The notes under the pieces are model-generated. The model ran no database searches and was not told where the DNA came from. It saw nothing but the letters and a program-made list of their open reading frames with translations. Made by a program: the position numbers and the translations under genes. Shown one piece after another: positions 37,516 through 46,985 of a stretch of 64,000 nucleotides of DNA; the first letter of the stretch is position 1; every line of letters begins with the position of its first letter. This DNA comes from a virus, in the IMG/VR virus record IMGVR_UViG_3300017991_000060, positions 53,866 to 117,865 of that record, one strand, 5' to 3'.

Positions 37516-38721
37516 TCAATCGATGGTGTATGCCAAGTACGCGTGGGCGTTACTCAGATTATCGTGGTGGACGGTGAGGTAGTCCCCCTTCGAGCAATCC
37601 TCATCCGCGCTGCTCGTGCCGTAGGTCTTCGAGCTGCTGCCGGTAGGGTTCACCGTCTTGTAGACGGTGGCATTGCGCTCGAACTTGATGTACGGGCTTG
37701 AGGAGGTGTTCGCCCCCCACCCTACGTATTCCACGTTTCCGGCGAAGGGGAGGTAGAGCTTCGTCTGGTAGTCGCGGGACGTTCGGCCAGGGTCGAGGAC
37801 CGTGAAGAAAGGTCTCATCCAATAGGGATCTGGGTCTTCGATAGCCCCGCCAAAGATGAGAATGACCGTCTTGTCGCTGCCAGAAGGCTTGACATCGAGC
37901 CAGAACTGCGTCTCCGAGTCCCCGCTCGTCCCTTGCTCCGCTCCGATGATCCCGATGATGTCCCCGATAGCCACGCTGATGTTCTCGTTTTCGAGGTTGA
38001 GGGAGTTGATGTTCTCCTGCACCTCGAACTTCACTTGCTCCACATCGTTCTTGCGAACGCTGATGTAGTCCAAGTCCCCAGGAGTCTCTGTGATCCACGA
38101 CACCCTGTGGAGCGTGCCTGGCTTCGTAATGACGGCTGCGTGTTCATGGTTCGAGTTGCTACGCCCTATGTAATTGGGCGGGCCGCACACGCACGCATAG
38201 AGACTGGTGTTCGTCACACGCTGCGCGAACTGGTACTGGTTGGCCGAATCGTCCGCCGTCTCAACCCAGAGCACGACGGCGGTGTAGTCGCCACTCAACA
38301 TACGGATCGACACCAGGTCACCCCACGAAACGGGGATCTCCAGATCGTCTTCGTAGTCAGGCGTCTGCGCCGAGTAGCTGATCTGGCGGGCGATGCGCTT
38401 CGTGACGTTGCGTATCTCGATGGACCCCGCCGAGTTGTTCAGGTAGTACGACGCCGCCTTGATTGTCCCGGGCCTCGTCACGTACTGGAAGCGGCGATCC
38501 CCCGTACCGTAATAAACGTGGTAGGAGCCGGGCTGAATGTAGCGGCCCGGAACGGACTCGCTATTGTACCAGCAGGCGAAGTTCATGGTGTAGTAGCCGA
38601 CGACGGATGTCCTCCCAGCATCTCCGGGCTCCCACCTACTGTTCGACTGGCTCCACTTGGGAACCTGACCATCTGTGGCGCCGCTCTGCGCCAGCTGCGA
38701 GAGCCTAGTGTCCCCAGCCAC
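37516..38721 (-). CDS. Tail fibre / receptor-binding protein
   Basis: RLSQLAQSGATDGQVPKWSQSNSRWEPGD N-terminal fibre motif; beta-rich repeated domains; visibly more A/T-rich than its flanks. Confidence 0.7.
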   Translation of the reverse strand: MAGDTRLSQLAQSGATDGQVPKWSQSNSRWEPGDAGRTSVVGYYTMNFACWYNSESVPGRYIQPGSYHVYYGTGDRRFQYVTRPGTIKAASYYLNNSAGSIEIRNVTKRIARQISYSAQTPDYEDDLEIPVSWGDLVSIRMLSGDYTAVVLWVETADDSANQYQFAQRVTNTSLYACVCGPPNYIGRSNSNHEHAAVITKPGTLHRVSWITETPGDLDYISVRKNDVEQVKFEVQENINSLNLENENISVAIGDIIGIIGAEQGTSGDSETQFWLDVKPSGSDKTVILIFGGAIEDPDPYWMRPFFTVLDPGRTSRDYQTKLYLPFAGNVEYVGWGANTSSSPYIKFERNATVYKTVNPTGSSSKTYGTSSADEDCSKGDYLTVHHDNLSNAHAYLAYTID

Positions 38722-38730
38722 ATAAGCCTC

Positions 38731-39252
38731 CTAGTCCGGTGCCGCCACCTGCTGCCACACGTTCACGATGAGCGGTGTGCATGTTGGGTCAGGCGTATCC
38801 AGATCGCACTTGCCGCAGAGGCAGTGCCCCGCCGGATGAGCTGCCAACGTACAAGAGAACATCCCCTGCGGGTACAGATGCTCCTGTGGGATAACGAACC
38901 CGAAACGGCCAGACTTCCCGTCGGCACACTCCAACGGGCGGGAGATCAGACACCCAGGCTCGCCCCTCGGCTTGCCGTTCCGAGCACGGTAGCGAAGTGT
39001 GAAGGAAAAGCAGACATCGGCTCCGTCCGCCTCGAAGTCAACGCCTACGATGTACGCCTTCATCTTCATCCGCGTAACGGGGATGGGGGCATACGCCACC
39101 GGCTTCTTGCCTTGGTAGCGCACCCCCTCGACCACCCCATCTTCACCGATGGACCACTCGCCCCCCGAGACGGGGAGTAGCGGTTCCGTGGGGTAGTCCG
39201 GCACCCCACGGAACTGCTCGGCCCTCGGCATCGCGGCAACTTGCCGCTCCAC
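38731..39252 (-). CDS. Hypothetical Cys-containing protein in fibre cluster
   Basis: 173 aa ORF between fibre genes. Confidence 0.6.
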   Translation of the reverse strand: MERQVAAMPRAEQFRGVPDYPTEPLLPVSGGEWSIGEDGVVEGVRYQGKKPVAYAPIPVTRMKMKAYIVGVDFEADGADVCFSFTLRYRARNGKPRGEPGCLISRPLECADGKSGRFGFVIPQEHLYPQGMFSCTLAAHPAGHCLCGKCDLDTPDPTCTPLIVNVWQQVAAPD

Positions 39253-39267
39253 TGCTCACCCCCAAGC

Positions 39268-40722
39268 TTAGACCAGATAGTCGAAGTCCACCCGATCGGC
39301 GGTGATGAGGTTGAACCACGTCGCGCCGTTCCAGTACAGCGTGTCGCCGGACTGGATCGCGGTGTGCGCCCGTGCGGTACTCCCACCATCGCCAGAGAAG
39401 TAACACGCCTTCGACTTCACCCCATCGCCCAGCGGGTACTGGATGCCGTTCACCTTCACCTGGACGTAGTGCCCCTTGGCGGGGGTGGCGGCCATCGTGA
39501 GGCCGGTCGTCGAGTCATCACCGGCCGTCGCGGCTGGCGTCTGATCCTTGTTCGATGACGTGGGCTTCGGGAACGTGACCTCGTGCGAGTGGTCGGCCCG
39601 CGCGAGCCCGGCTGCGGAACCCTCCGCATTGGTGGAGGTCTTGTCGAGAGCGGTGCTCGGCGCCGCCGTAGTGATGGCGTGGGCGTGATCTGCGCGGGCG
39701 AGACCTGCCGCGCTCCCCTCGGCATTTGTGGTATCGCCGTCGAGTGCCGTCGAGGGAGCGGCAGTGTCGATGCCGTGCGCGTGATCGGCTCGGGAGAAGC
39801 TCGTACTGGAGCCTTCCGCGTTCGTCGTGTCACCGTCGAGGTTCGTCGAGGGAGCGGCGGCGACGATGGCGTGGGTGTGATCGGCGCGGGCCGCGTCCGT
39901 ACTCACACCCTCGGAGGCCGTGGCATCCGGCTCGATGGTGGACGGAGTTCCGCCGAGATCGAAGGTGCCGAAAGAGGCGAACGTGAGGCTCGTCCCGCTA
40001 GCACCGCCGATGGTGATGGGATCGTTGGTGGTCAGAAGGAAGAGAGTGTCACCGTTCTCGGTGCCTTCCTCGACCGGCGAGAAAGCGCCTGCCGTGACCT
40101 CGTCGTCCTCGTCGAAGTCGTCGGCCCGGTCGAGCGTGAGGGCCGTACCCGAGATGCCTGCGACGTAGATGCCGTTGGCGTCCCCACCGAGGCCGGAACC
40201 ATCGCCTTCGTTCTTGATGAGCACCCGGTCCCCATCCGCGATAGCCACGCCATCGATGGCGAAGGTATCGGACACGGCGAGCGTAGCCGTGATCTGCCCG
40301 CGGCTGCTGGATCCACCGGTGTTGTTGTAAGAAGGCGAGCCGCTGATGTCCGTGTTGTTGTCGAGGATTTCCGTCGTCGCGGCCCGACAGCTCTCCTTCG
40401 GGTCCAGACCGGCAGAGACCGCCTGGAGCTGCCCGTAGGTCGCGGCATCGGAGGTCGCGCTCCCATCCGCGAGTCCGGTGATCTTCTGGGAGCCCATCGC
40501 GAGCGCGCCCGTCATCGTGACCGAACCGTCACGCTGCACGAACTCGCCGCCTTGTTTGAGGCGATCCGTATCGATGGCACCAGCGGCGAACTTGGCGTTC
40601 ACCGTGGCCTCATCGAAGAAGTTGGAAGCGATCTTCGCGCGGCTCTCGGCATCCGCTGCGAAGGCATTGTCCGCGAGCTGTGCCGCCCGCATCATCCCAG
40701 CCATAAGTCCCTCCGTCGCCAA
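39268..40722 (-). CDS. Tail fibre-like protein with RADHxH repeats
   Basis: QKITGLADGSATSDAATYGQL, DPKESCRAATT, DGDRVLIKNE...NGIYV and LDRADDFD are fibre motifs; four RADHxH units. Confidence 0.8.
   Translation of the reverse strand: MATEGLMAGMMRAAQLADNAFAADAESRAKIASNFFDEATVNAKFAAGAIDTDRLKQGGEFVQRDGSVTMTGALAMGSQKITGLADGSATSDAATYGQLQAVSAGLDPKESCRAATTEILDNNTDISGSPSYNNTGGSSSRGQITATLAVSDTFAIDGVAIADGDRVLIKNEGDGSGLGGDANGIYVAGISGTALTLDRADDFDEDDEVTAGAFSPVEEGTENGDTLFLLTTNDPITIGGASGTSLTFASFGTFDLGGTPSTIEPDATASEGVSTDAARADHTHAIVAAAPSTNLDGDTTNAEGSSTSFSRADHAHGIDTAAPSTALDGDTTNAEGSAAGLARADHAHAITTAAPSTALDKTSTNAEGSAAGLARADHSHEVTFPKPTSSNKDQTPAATAGDDSTTGLTMAATPAKGHYVQVKVNGIQYPLGDGVKSKACYFSGDGGSTARAHTAIQSGDTLYWNGATWFNLITADRVDFDYLV
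39575..39900 (-). repeat. Tandem 93-bp (31-aa) repeats in fibre gene
   Basis: AAPST(N/A)LDxxxTNAEGSxxxx(S/A)RADHxH repeated three times plus a divergent first unit. Confidence 0.88.
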
Positions 40723-41433
40723 CTAGGGCGAGTAAAAGTAGGTGACCCTCACCCGATCATTCGGTGCCTGCAAACTGTAAGGACTAGCCCATGTCAAGGT
40801 CTGGCCCACGATGTTGTAGTGGAGTCCGTACGTTGCGCCTACACCATTCACCTGCATCTCAACGAGAGACGGGTCGCTGGGTACCTTCGACAGCACGAAC
40901 ACGGTCTGACCCGTGGTGGGCGTGAACAGATCCACCCAAGGCAAAATGGCGGCCCCAACCACCAAGTCGTCCACACGCTCCCAAAGAGCAAGGTGCTGAT
41001 CGAGGAGCCGGTTGAAGTCCGCGGCCTGCCACAACCGCGGATCGTCGTCGTCCTCCCAAGGCGTGCCCTCCTCGAACGCGGGCCACTGATAATCCAGGCC
41101 GATGCTCGTCGGCGGAGGCGCATAGAAAAGGGCCTGATCTTGGACCCACCAACGATGCACACCGTGGTCCGTCGCGCCCGGCTTCTGAATGAGGACGGTG
41201 TGAAACTGGTTGGCGCGCGAAGCGAGGCCGAGCTCGGTGGGCGTCGTGTACCTCACCTCGTCGTCTTGCCAGGAGAGAACCGTGGCCGCGAAGGGGCCGC
41301 CGAGGCTCCCAAGGGGATCGAAGAGGACGCTCCCAAGGTTCACGCCGAACCCAACGCCCTCCACCGTAACATCGATGCCAGCGCCGCCGCCGCGGGGGGT
41401 AACGTTCTCGATCCGAACGGCAGTCAGGACCAT
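40723..41433 (-). CDS. IPT/TIG (Ig-like) domain virion protein
   Basis: IENVTPRGGGAGIDVTVEGVGFG...VLSWQDDEV IPT pattern; C-terminal TTGQTVFVLS...MQVNGV module. Confidence 0.72.
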   Translation of the reverse strand: MVLTAVRIENVTPRGGGAGIDVTVEGVGFGVNLGSVLFDPLGSLGGPFAATVLSWQDDEVRYTTPTELGLASRANQFHTVLIQKPGATDHGVHRWWVQDQALFYAPPPTSIGLDYQWPAFEEGTPWEDDDDPRLWQAADFNRLLDQHLALWERVDDLVVGAAILPWVDLFTPTTGQTVFVLSKVPSDPSLVEMQVNGVGATYGLHYNIVGQTLTWASPYSLQAPNDRVRVTYFYSP

Positions 41434-41436
41434 GAC

Positions 41437-42531
41437 CTACCTCTCCCGCGCGTTCCTTATACCGGCCAAATCTACGGCGACGGTAACGAACGCCTGATTC
41501 TCGATGGGGTCGATGGCGCGGACAGTATTCCCTTCGTCGAAGGTGTACCGCTGCCCCATGTACTCCACCTCCACATCCCGAGCGGCTCTGTAGGTCCTCG
41601 CGCTGACTCGGACGAAATGGCCCTTGGATACCAAGTCTCGCAACGGCAAGCGTAACATCGGGAGGGGAGGGCTTTCCAGCTCCTCGTTGTGAGGCGTGTA
41701 TTGCGGAGGCGGCCCGAGACGCTCCAGGTCACGAAGACTCTGGATCTGCACTCCCGCGATGAGCGGCATCGACTCGACGGCCGCGCCGCGCTTGTTGTAA
41801 GCGCGTACGATAATGATCGGCTCGTTACGCTCGCTCAACGCCACCGGCACATCGAGGTACGCCTGGACGCCGGAGAGCCACGCCTCCATGCGGGTGCCGC
41901 GGAAGCGCACCCTGACCTCGGCCAGCTCACCGACCCGCCAGATGTCCTCCGGTCGCGTGCCGGGGTCGAAGGAGGCCGCCGCCACAACGGACGGGGCGGC
42001 CCCAGCGGCCTGGACGGCCTCGAACGCAACGGGGAGCGTCCACCCACCAGCGAGCGTCCACTCGGCGCGGGCGCGCGCCCCTACGTAGATCGAGGCGTCC
42101 TCCGAGGACCTAAACCCGGCGAGGACCTCCAGGGTGAACAAGTCACAGATCGGGTTGTATGCCTCGGTGGGCGGGACAAATGAAACGGCGACCTCGGCGT
42201 TCCGACCTTGGACGACGCCAGTAGGGAAGGCGGCGACACCATGCTCCTCGAACGGGGTACCGGTCGCCGGGAGACGGGTGTACCGCCACCAGCCCAAGCC
42301 GTCGGCAACGCGAAAGAAGTTCGGAGGCAACGGCTCGGGGGTGCTCGTGACGTTACCGGCCCCATCGTCGGTGAAGATGAAGTAGGCCCACTGTCCGGGG
42401 AGTGGGCCGTCCGCCTCGTCGGTGAAATCGAAGGTGACTGGAAGGCCGCTTCCGATATCGGACACCGGCGGCTCCAACGGCTCCACTAGCTCGCCACCGA
42501 ACGGGCGACCGTGCCCAATTCCGTAGGTCAT
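41437..42531 (-). CDS. Hypothetical protein (probable structural, lectin-like fold possible)
   Basis: ATG 42531 after GGAG; FDFTDEADGPLPGQW N-terminal pattern. Confidence 0.6.
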   Translation of the reverse strand: MTYGIGHGRPFGGELVEPLEPPVSDIGSGLPVTFDFTDEADGPLPGQWAYFIFTDDGAGNVTSTPEPLPPNFFRVADGLGWWRYTRLPATGTPFEEHGVAAFPTGVVQGRNAEVAVSFVPPTEAYNPICDLFTLEVLAGFRSSEDASIYVGARARAEWTLAGGWTLPVAFEAVQAAGAAPSVVAAASFDPGTRPEDIWRVGELAEVRVRFRGTRMEAWLSGVQAYLDVPVALSERNEPIIIVRAYNKRGAAVESMPLIAGVQIQSLRDLERLGPPPQYTPHNEELESPPLPMLRLPLRDLVSKGHFVRVSARTYRAARDVEVEYMGQRYTFDEGNTVRAIDPIENQAFVTVAVDLAGIRNARER

Positions 42532-42582
42532 CGCGCGCTCCGCTTCCCCATTCCCTGAACACCATGTTACCAGGTACAGGAA

Positions 42583-42605
42583 GTGGGGGGCCAGAGGCCC
42601 CCCAC
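42583..42605 (-). terminator. Hairpin terminator downstream of UvrD
   Basis: Perfect 10-bp stem GTGGGGGGCC-TCT-GGCCCCCCAC followed by TTCCTGT; a second 9-bp hairpin lies at about 42618-42643. Confidence 0.65.
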
Positions 42606-42646
42606 AAAGCGAGCGATGGTCGGGCGAGCAACCGACCACCTACAGC

Positions 42647-44722
42647 CTAAAACTCAGCCGCCGCCTTCGCCACTGGATCTTCGCCGTCCGAATCGGAGTC
42701 TTCGGCTGGAAGCAGCCCAGCCTCCCCGACGAACTGCGACGGGCCGACGGCTTGGCCGTGCGATGAGAGCTCGGCCCAGGAGATGTGGCATCGGTCCTTC
42801 GCCCTTGTCTGGGCCACGTAAAAGAGGCGGCGCTCCTCCTCAAGCGGCGCATTCGAAAGGGGGAGGACCCCAGGAGAAGCGGCGATCACGTACACGAGCG
42901 GCCACTCCAAGCCCTTCGCCTTGTGGATCGAGGAGAACGTGACGCGAGGGATGCGGTCCCGGTCGCCGTTGAAGTCCTCAATGGCCGTAGACGCCATCCC
43001 CTTCGCGTACTCGACGAGGACGTTCGGGTCCGCGAGCGTCGAAGCGCAATGGATGAGCGCGGCGCACGCCTCGTCCACGTCCGTCATGTCGTCGTCCTGG
43101 GCTCCCTCCTCGCGGAAGTGCTTGCGGACGCCGAGGTCCTCGAACACGTAGTCCAGGGCCGCGTGGATTCCCTTCGCGCCACCGAGGTCCAGGCGACCGC
43201 GCACCTTCTCGATGGCACGGATCGCGCGGCGCACCCCGCTCGACCACCGACCGAGCTCCCCGAAGTCACGGTTTTCCTTCGTGACCGAGAGCGTAGGATT
43301 CGCGTTGAAGAACCGACGGCCTAGGTACCGAGTCGGTGCGTTCGCGCACGCCTTCCAAGAGTCCTCGTCGTCCGGGTCCAGGCACGCGCCGATGTACCCG
43401 ATGGCCGCCTTGATCTCACCGCGCCGGAAGAATGAGGACCCGGCGATCCTGTAGGGAAGCCCGGCCTTGATAGCCTCGATCTCCAGCGGGCCGGAGCAAG
43501 CGTTGATGCGGTACAACACCGCGATGTCGTCCGGGTCGATGCCATCTCGGATGTCGGTGAGGACCGAGCCCACCACCTCGGACGCCTCGTGCTCTGGGTC
43601 GCCGTAGCCTACGCCGGAGATCATGCCCTCACGGCCGGTGCCGCACACGAGGTCCGGCGTCATGCGATCATCTGCATGGCCCAGGAGCGAGTTCGCCGCG
43701 TCGATGATGACCTGGCCGGAGCGGAAGTTCCGCGAGAGCGGGTAGACCTGGGCGTCCGGGTGCCGCTCCAGGAAGGTCCGCATGAGCTCGGGCTGGGCTC
43801 CGCGGAACCCGAAGATGGATTGCATGTCATCGCCCACAGCCATGACGTGCCGCCACGGCCCAGCAAGGAACTCGCACGCGGGCCAGTTCACCGGCGCGTT
43901 GTCCTGGACCTCATCCACGAGCACGTAGGGGAACCGACCGTACCAAGGCTTCACCCACTCCTCACACCGGAGGACGGCACGACCCACGAGCGCCACCATA
44001 TCGTCGAACGTCACCCATCGGACCTCGGCGTCCTGGTCGAACCCGGCGGACTCAGGGGCGGCGCACGCCCTCTCCAGAGCGTCGTAGCATCGAGCCACCA
44101 CCTCGGCGTTGAAATCGTCGAGCGGGAGGCGCTTCCGGTGCATCGCCCACTCGGCGAATTGGGGGTACACCTTGTCCTCAACGGTCGAGGTCCAAGACCC
44201 GTCCTTGACCACCTCGCCGGAACCCCTACTGCGGTCCACCTCGTCGGGCCATATCATGTGCGCCTTCGCCATCCCGATTTCACGGAGCACGTCGCGCCGG
44301 TGGGGGAGGGACCGCCTCGCCCTGGGGCCGAGCTCTCGCTCGATGGCGACCAGTTCCTCCCGGATCACCCGCGCAATCTGCCACGCCTTCGGCACCACGG
44401 CCCCCCGCTTCGTCGGGGCGTGCCGGATGATCTCGTAAGCAACACTGTGGAGAGTCCTGTACTGGACACCGGCCGGGACGCCGAGGAGGGCGGCACGCTG
44501 GCGCATATCAGCGGCCCCGCGACGTGAAAACGTCATCATCAGGATGGTTCGCGGGTCCGCTCCGTACTCGATCAGGGTCCGGATGCGGAGAAGTAGGGTG
44601 GTCGTCTTGCCGGACCCGGCACCAGCCAAGACGAGGGCCGGTCCACTGGGGTGCATGACGATTGCTTGCTGCTCCTCCGTCGCCTGGACGGCGCAACCGC
44701 GCTGTGGATCGTACGGATTCAT
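42647..44722 (-). CDS. uvrD: UvrD/PcrA/Rep superfamily 1 DNA helicase
   Basis: AGAGSGKTT, DEVQD, VGDDMQSIFGFRGA, NFRS, LYRINA, SIHKAKGLEW, EERRLFYVAQTRAK. Confidence 0.96.
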   Translation of the reverse strand: MNPYDPQRGCAVQATEEQQAIVMHPSGPALVLAGAGSGKTTTLLLRIRTLIEYGADPRTILMMTFSRRGAADMRQRAALLGVPAGVQYRTLHSVAYEIIRHAPTKRGAVVPKAWQIARVIREELVAIERELGPRARRSLPHRRDVLREIGMAKAHMIWPDEVDRSRGSGEVVKDGSWTSTVEDKVYPQFAEWAMHRKRLPLDDFNAEVVARCYDALERACAAPESAGFDQDAEVRWVTFDDMVALVGRAVLRCEEWVKPWYGRFPYVLVDEVQDNAPVNWPACEFLAGPWRHVMAVGDDMQSIFGFRGAQPELMRTFLERHPDAQVYPLSRNFRSGQVIIDAANSLLGHADDRMTPDLVCGTGREGMISGVGYGDPEHEASEVVGSVLTDIRDGIDPDDIAVLYRINACSGPLEIEAIKAGLPYRIAGSSFFRRGEIKAAIGYIGACLDPDDEDSWKACANAPTRYLGRRFFNANPTLSVTKENRDFGELGRWSSGVRRAIRAIEKVRGRLDLGGAKGIHAALDYVFEDLGVRKHFREEGAQDDDMTDVDEACAALIHCASTLADPNVLVEYAKGMASTAIEDFNGDRDRIPRVTFSSIHKAKGLEWPLVYVIAASPGVLPLSNAPLEEERRLFYVAQTRAKDRCHISWAELSSHGQAVGPSQFVGEAGLLPAEDSDSDGEDPVAKAAAEF

Positions 44723-44789
44723 CCTGGTAAACTCCTACTGCCTAGACAACGACCGAAACAGAACGGTGCGAACCGAAGGAGACAAACTC

Positions 44790-45167
44790 ATGGGTGGAAC
44801 CATCACGAACCAGTCCGACGTTGGCCGCAAGTGGCCGACCACCGCGCTCGCCCCTCGGGTCCTCACCGAGCTGGAAGGCGCGTTCATGGAGAAGATCACG
44901 GGTCCGGCCGCACTCGCCGCGGTCGAGCTGAGCCACCCCGTGGAGCAGCTCATGCACATCTTCTCCTACGTCACGGCAACGGGTGCCTGGAGCGCCGTCA
45001 CCCCAAATCCGGTCGAGGGCACGAACTTCTCCGTCACCCCCTCGAACGCCAACGGCAAGGGCGAGCTTACCGAACTCAACGGCGACAACTACGCGGCCGA
45101 GACGTGGTTCGTCCTGTACCGGCGTCCCGAGGCCGAGGGCACCATCGGCGGCCAACACGCCGTCTAG
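44790..45167 (+). CDS. Hypothetical beta-rich protein, lone plus-strand gene
   Basis: AAGGAGA SD then ATG 44790; 125 aa; stop shares a CTAG palindrome with the convergent gene. Confidence 0.72.
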   Translation: MGGTITNQSDVGRKWPTTALAPRVLTELEGAFMEKITGPAALAAVELSHPVEQLMHIFSYVTATGAWSAVTPNPVEGTNFSVTPSNANGKGELTELNGDNYAAETWFVLYRRPEAEGTIGGQHAV

Positions 45168-45400
45168 TACCCCGCCGCCCACCGGAACCACCTGACGGCC
45201 AGCCCGATGACTAGGCCGATCAAGGGGATTCCCACGCACACGAGAAAGAACGTCACGATGGAGAGCGCCAGCTTCGCGCGGGCGACCTCCTCGTGACGCT
45301 CCGCCGCGTACCTCTTCTCGTACTCGGCCCGCACGGCCGCCTCGACCCGCTGCTTCGCGAGCTCCTCAGCCGGGGTCAGCTTCTCGTCCTTGCCTGGCAC
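45164..45400 (-). CDS. Small membrane protein
   Basis: Charged N-terminal helix then one hydrophobic segment LALSIVTFFLVCVGIPLIGLVIGLAV. Confidence 0.7.
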   Translation of the reverse strand: MPGKDEKLTPAEELAKQRVEAAVRAEYEKRYAAERHEEVARAKLALSIVTFFLVCVGIPLIGLVIGLAVRWFRWAAGY

Positions 45401-45403
45401 CTA

Positions 45404-46432
45404 CTACCCTCCCGCGGGCGGCGTCGTCTCGGGTGCCGGGGTCCCGCGCATAAGGTGGGCGAGCCCGGCGGCCTGAAGCGCGCCGTCCACGCTCCCGTAC
45501 TTGGCGAAGTCATGGGGGAGGTTCAGCGACCAGAGGACCGCGCAAATCTGGCCATCGTACATACCGAGCATCTTGTCCTGGGCGGCGATCTTCCCCTGGA
45601 GGTCCGCTACCTGCGCCTTGACGCCCTGCTGGCCCTGAAGAACCTTGAGCTGCGCGATCATCGCGTCGAGCGTAGCGCGGATCTCGTGGGCCTTCTCCTC
45701 CTTGCGGAAAGCGGCCCCCAGGCGCTCGTCCCAGGTACGGTCGGTGTGCCCGGCCGGTGCGGTGCTGGCCGCCGGGGCGTCGATGACGTTCGCGGCCTTG
45801 CCGCTCGGGGCGGCCCCCAGGAGCTTGTTCGCCACGGTGATGACGGAATCCTTCGGGAGCCTGCCCTTGTCCTTCAGGTCGCCGTTGAGGAGGGCCTTGC
45901 GAGCGTCGCCTACCGTCTTGCACCCGCACTTCTCCGCGCCCTTCAGCTCCTTCTTCTCCAGGCCGAGGACAGAGATGGGATAATCGTCGAAGGACCCGAG
46001 GGGGGCATCACCGGCATCGTCCACAGTGGTAGGCACGCCGGCCGCGGCGAGGCCCTCGATCTCCTTGTCCTTCTTCGCGAGGTCGCTGCGGAGCGCCTCG
46101 ATGGTGGCCTCCAGCTCCGCGATGGTCCTAGCGTCGGACCCATCCGGGGCGGCGGCGCGGGCCTTCCTCAGCTCCTCTTTGAGCTTCTCGACTTCAACGT
46201 TGGCGGCCGGAGCTGCCTGGGCCTTGGCGAGCGCCTCGCGCGCCTCGTCACGCTCACGGAGGAGCTGCTCAGCGCGTGCGTTCGCGGCCGTCATCGCCCC
46301 CTCGGCGTAGGCGATGTCCTCGGGGTCGTCCTGGGGCTCCGCCGGCTCCGCACCGTCCGGGCTGAGGAAGATGATGGTCGCCGTCATTCCGGCGGCCTGG
46401 GCCGCCTTGATCGCTTCCTTGATGTGCGTCAC
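45404..46432 (-). CDS. Coiled-coil protein with RNA polymerase alphaCTD-like HhH domain
   Basis: YPISVLGLEKKELKGAEKCGCKTVGDARKALLNGDLKDKGRLPKDSVITVANKL follows the alphaCTD pattern PIxxLxL...GxxTVGD...L...KxS..I...L. Confidence 0.6.
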   Translation of the reverse strand: MTHIKEAIKAAQAAGMTATIIFLSPDGAEPAEPQDDPEDIAYAEGAMTAANARAEQLLRERDEAREALAKAQAAPAANVEVEKLKEELRKARAAAPDGSDARTIAELEATIEALRSDLAKKDKEIEGLAAAGVPTTVDDAGDAPLGSFDDYPISVLGLEKKELKGAEKCGCKTVGDARKALLNGDLKDKGRLPKDSVITVANKLLGAAPSGKAANVIDAPAASTAPAGHTDRTWDERLGAAFRKEEKAHEIRATLDAMIAQLKVLQGQQGVKAQVADLQGKIAAQDKMLGMYDGQICAVLWSLNLPHDFAKYGSVDGALQAAGLAHLMRGTPAPETTPPAGG

Positions 46433-46920
46433 TTGCTCGCTCCCTTCGCTTTGAGTAAACGTCGCGCGACCTCATCGGCCGCACGCTTCGCCGCTTCCTT
46501 CGTCTCCTCGATGATCTGTGCGTGCTGTTCTCGCGCCGCCTTCGTCCTGGCGCGTTCGACCCGGAACGTAGACGGGTGCTCGACCTTCACGGCTTGGAAG
46601 ATGTCGATCTTGGCCTTCTTCGCGCCGTCCACGAAGGCGGCCGTGGGCTTGAACTCTCGTGCGAGCTCCACCGGTGGGATGAGTTCCGCCAGCTTCTCGG
46701 GGTCCGTCACACTGAAGGACCTACGTGAGCCGAACACAACGTTCCCTTGCTCCACGATGAGCTTGTCCTGGTTGTCCTCGGAGAGCATCAGCTCCAGGCG
46801 GGCACGATCCTCCTCGATGAGAGTCTCCAGGGCCTTGGCTCGTGACTTCAGGATGCATATTCGGGAGAGGAGGAGCTCCTTCTCCGCGGCGCGCTGGGTA
46901 GACGTAGCGGTGGTTTCCAA
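46429..46920 (-). CDS. Gam/Gp157-like protein (possible DNA-end-protecting or nuclease-inhibiting)
   Basis: N-terminal coiled coil then KLIVEQGNVVFGSRRSFSVTDPEKL; TTG start after TAGGAGG. Confidence 0.4.
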   Translation of the reverse strand: METTATSTQRAAEKELLLSRICILKSRAKALETLIEEDRARLELMLSEDNQDKLIVEQGNVVFGSRRSFSVTDPEKLAELIPPVELAREFKPTAAFVDGAKKAKIDIFQAVKVEHPSTFRVERARTKAAREQHAQIIEETKEAAKRAADEVARRLLKAKGASK

Positions 46921-46956
46921 GGTGTCGCCTCCTACGGTCCGTCACAACCTCGTGTG

Positions 46957-46985
46957 ATTTTACTCTGCCGCCACGCGTTTGTCAA
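46957..46985 (-). promoter_or_regulatory. Near-consensus sigma70 promoter
   Basis: TTGACA (46985-46980), 17 nt, TAAAAT (46962-46957), about 35 nt upstream of the 46920 start. Confidence 0.9.
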
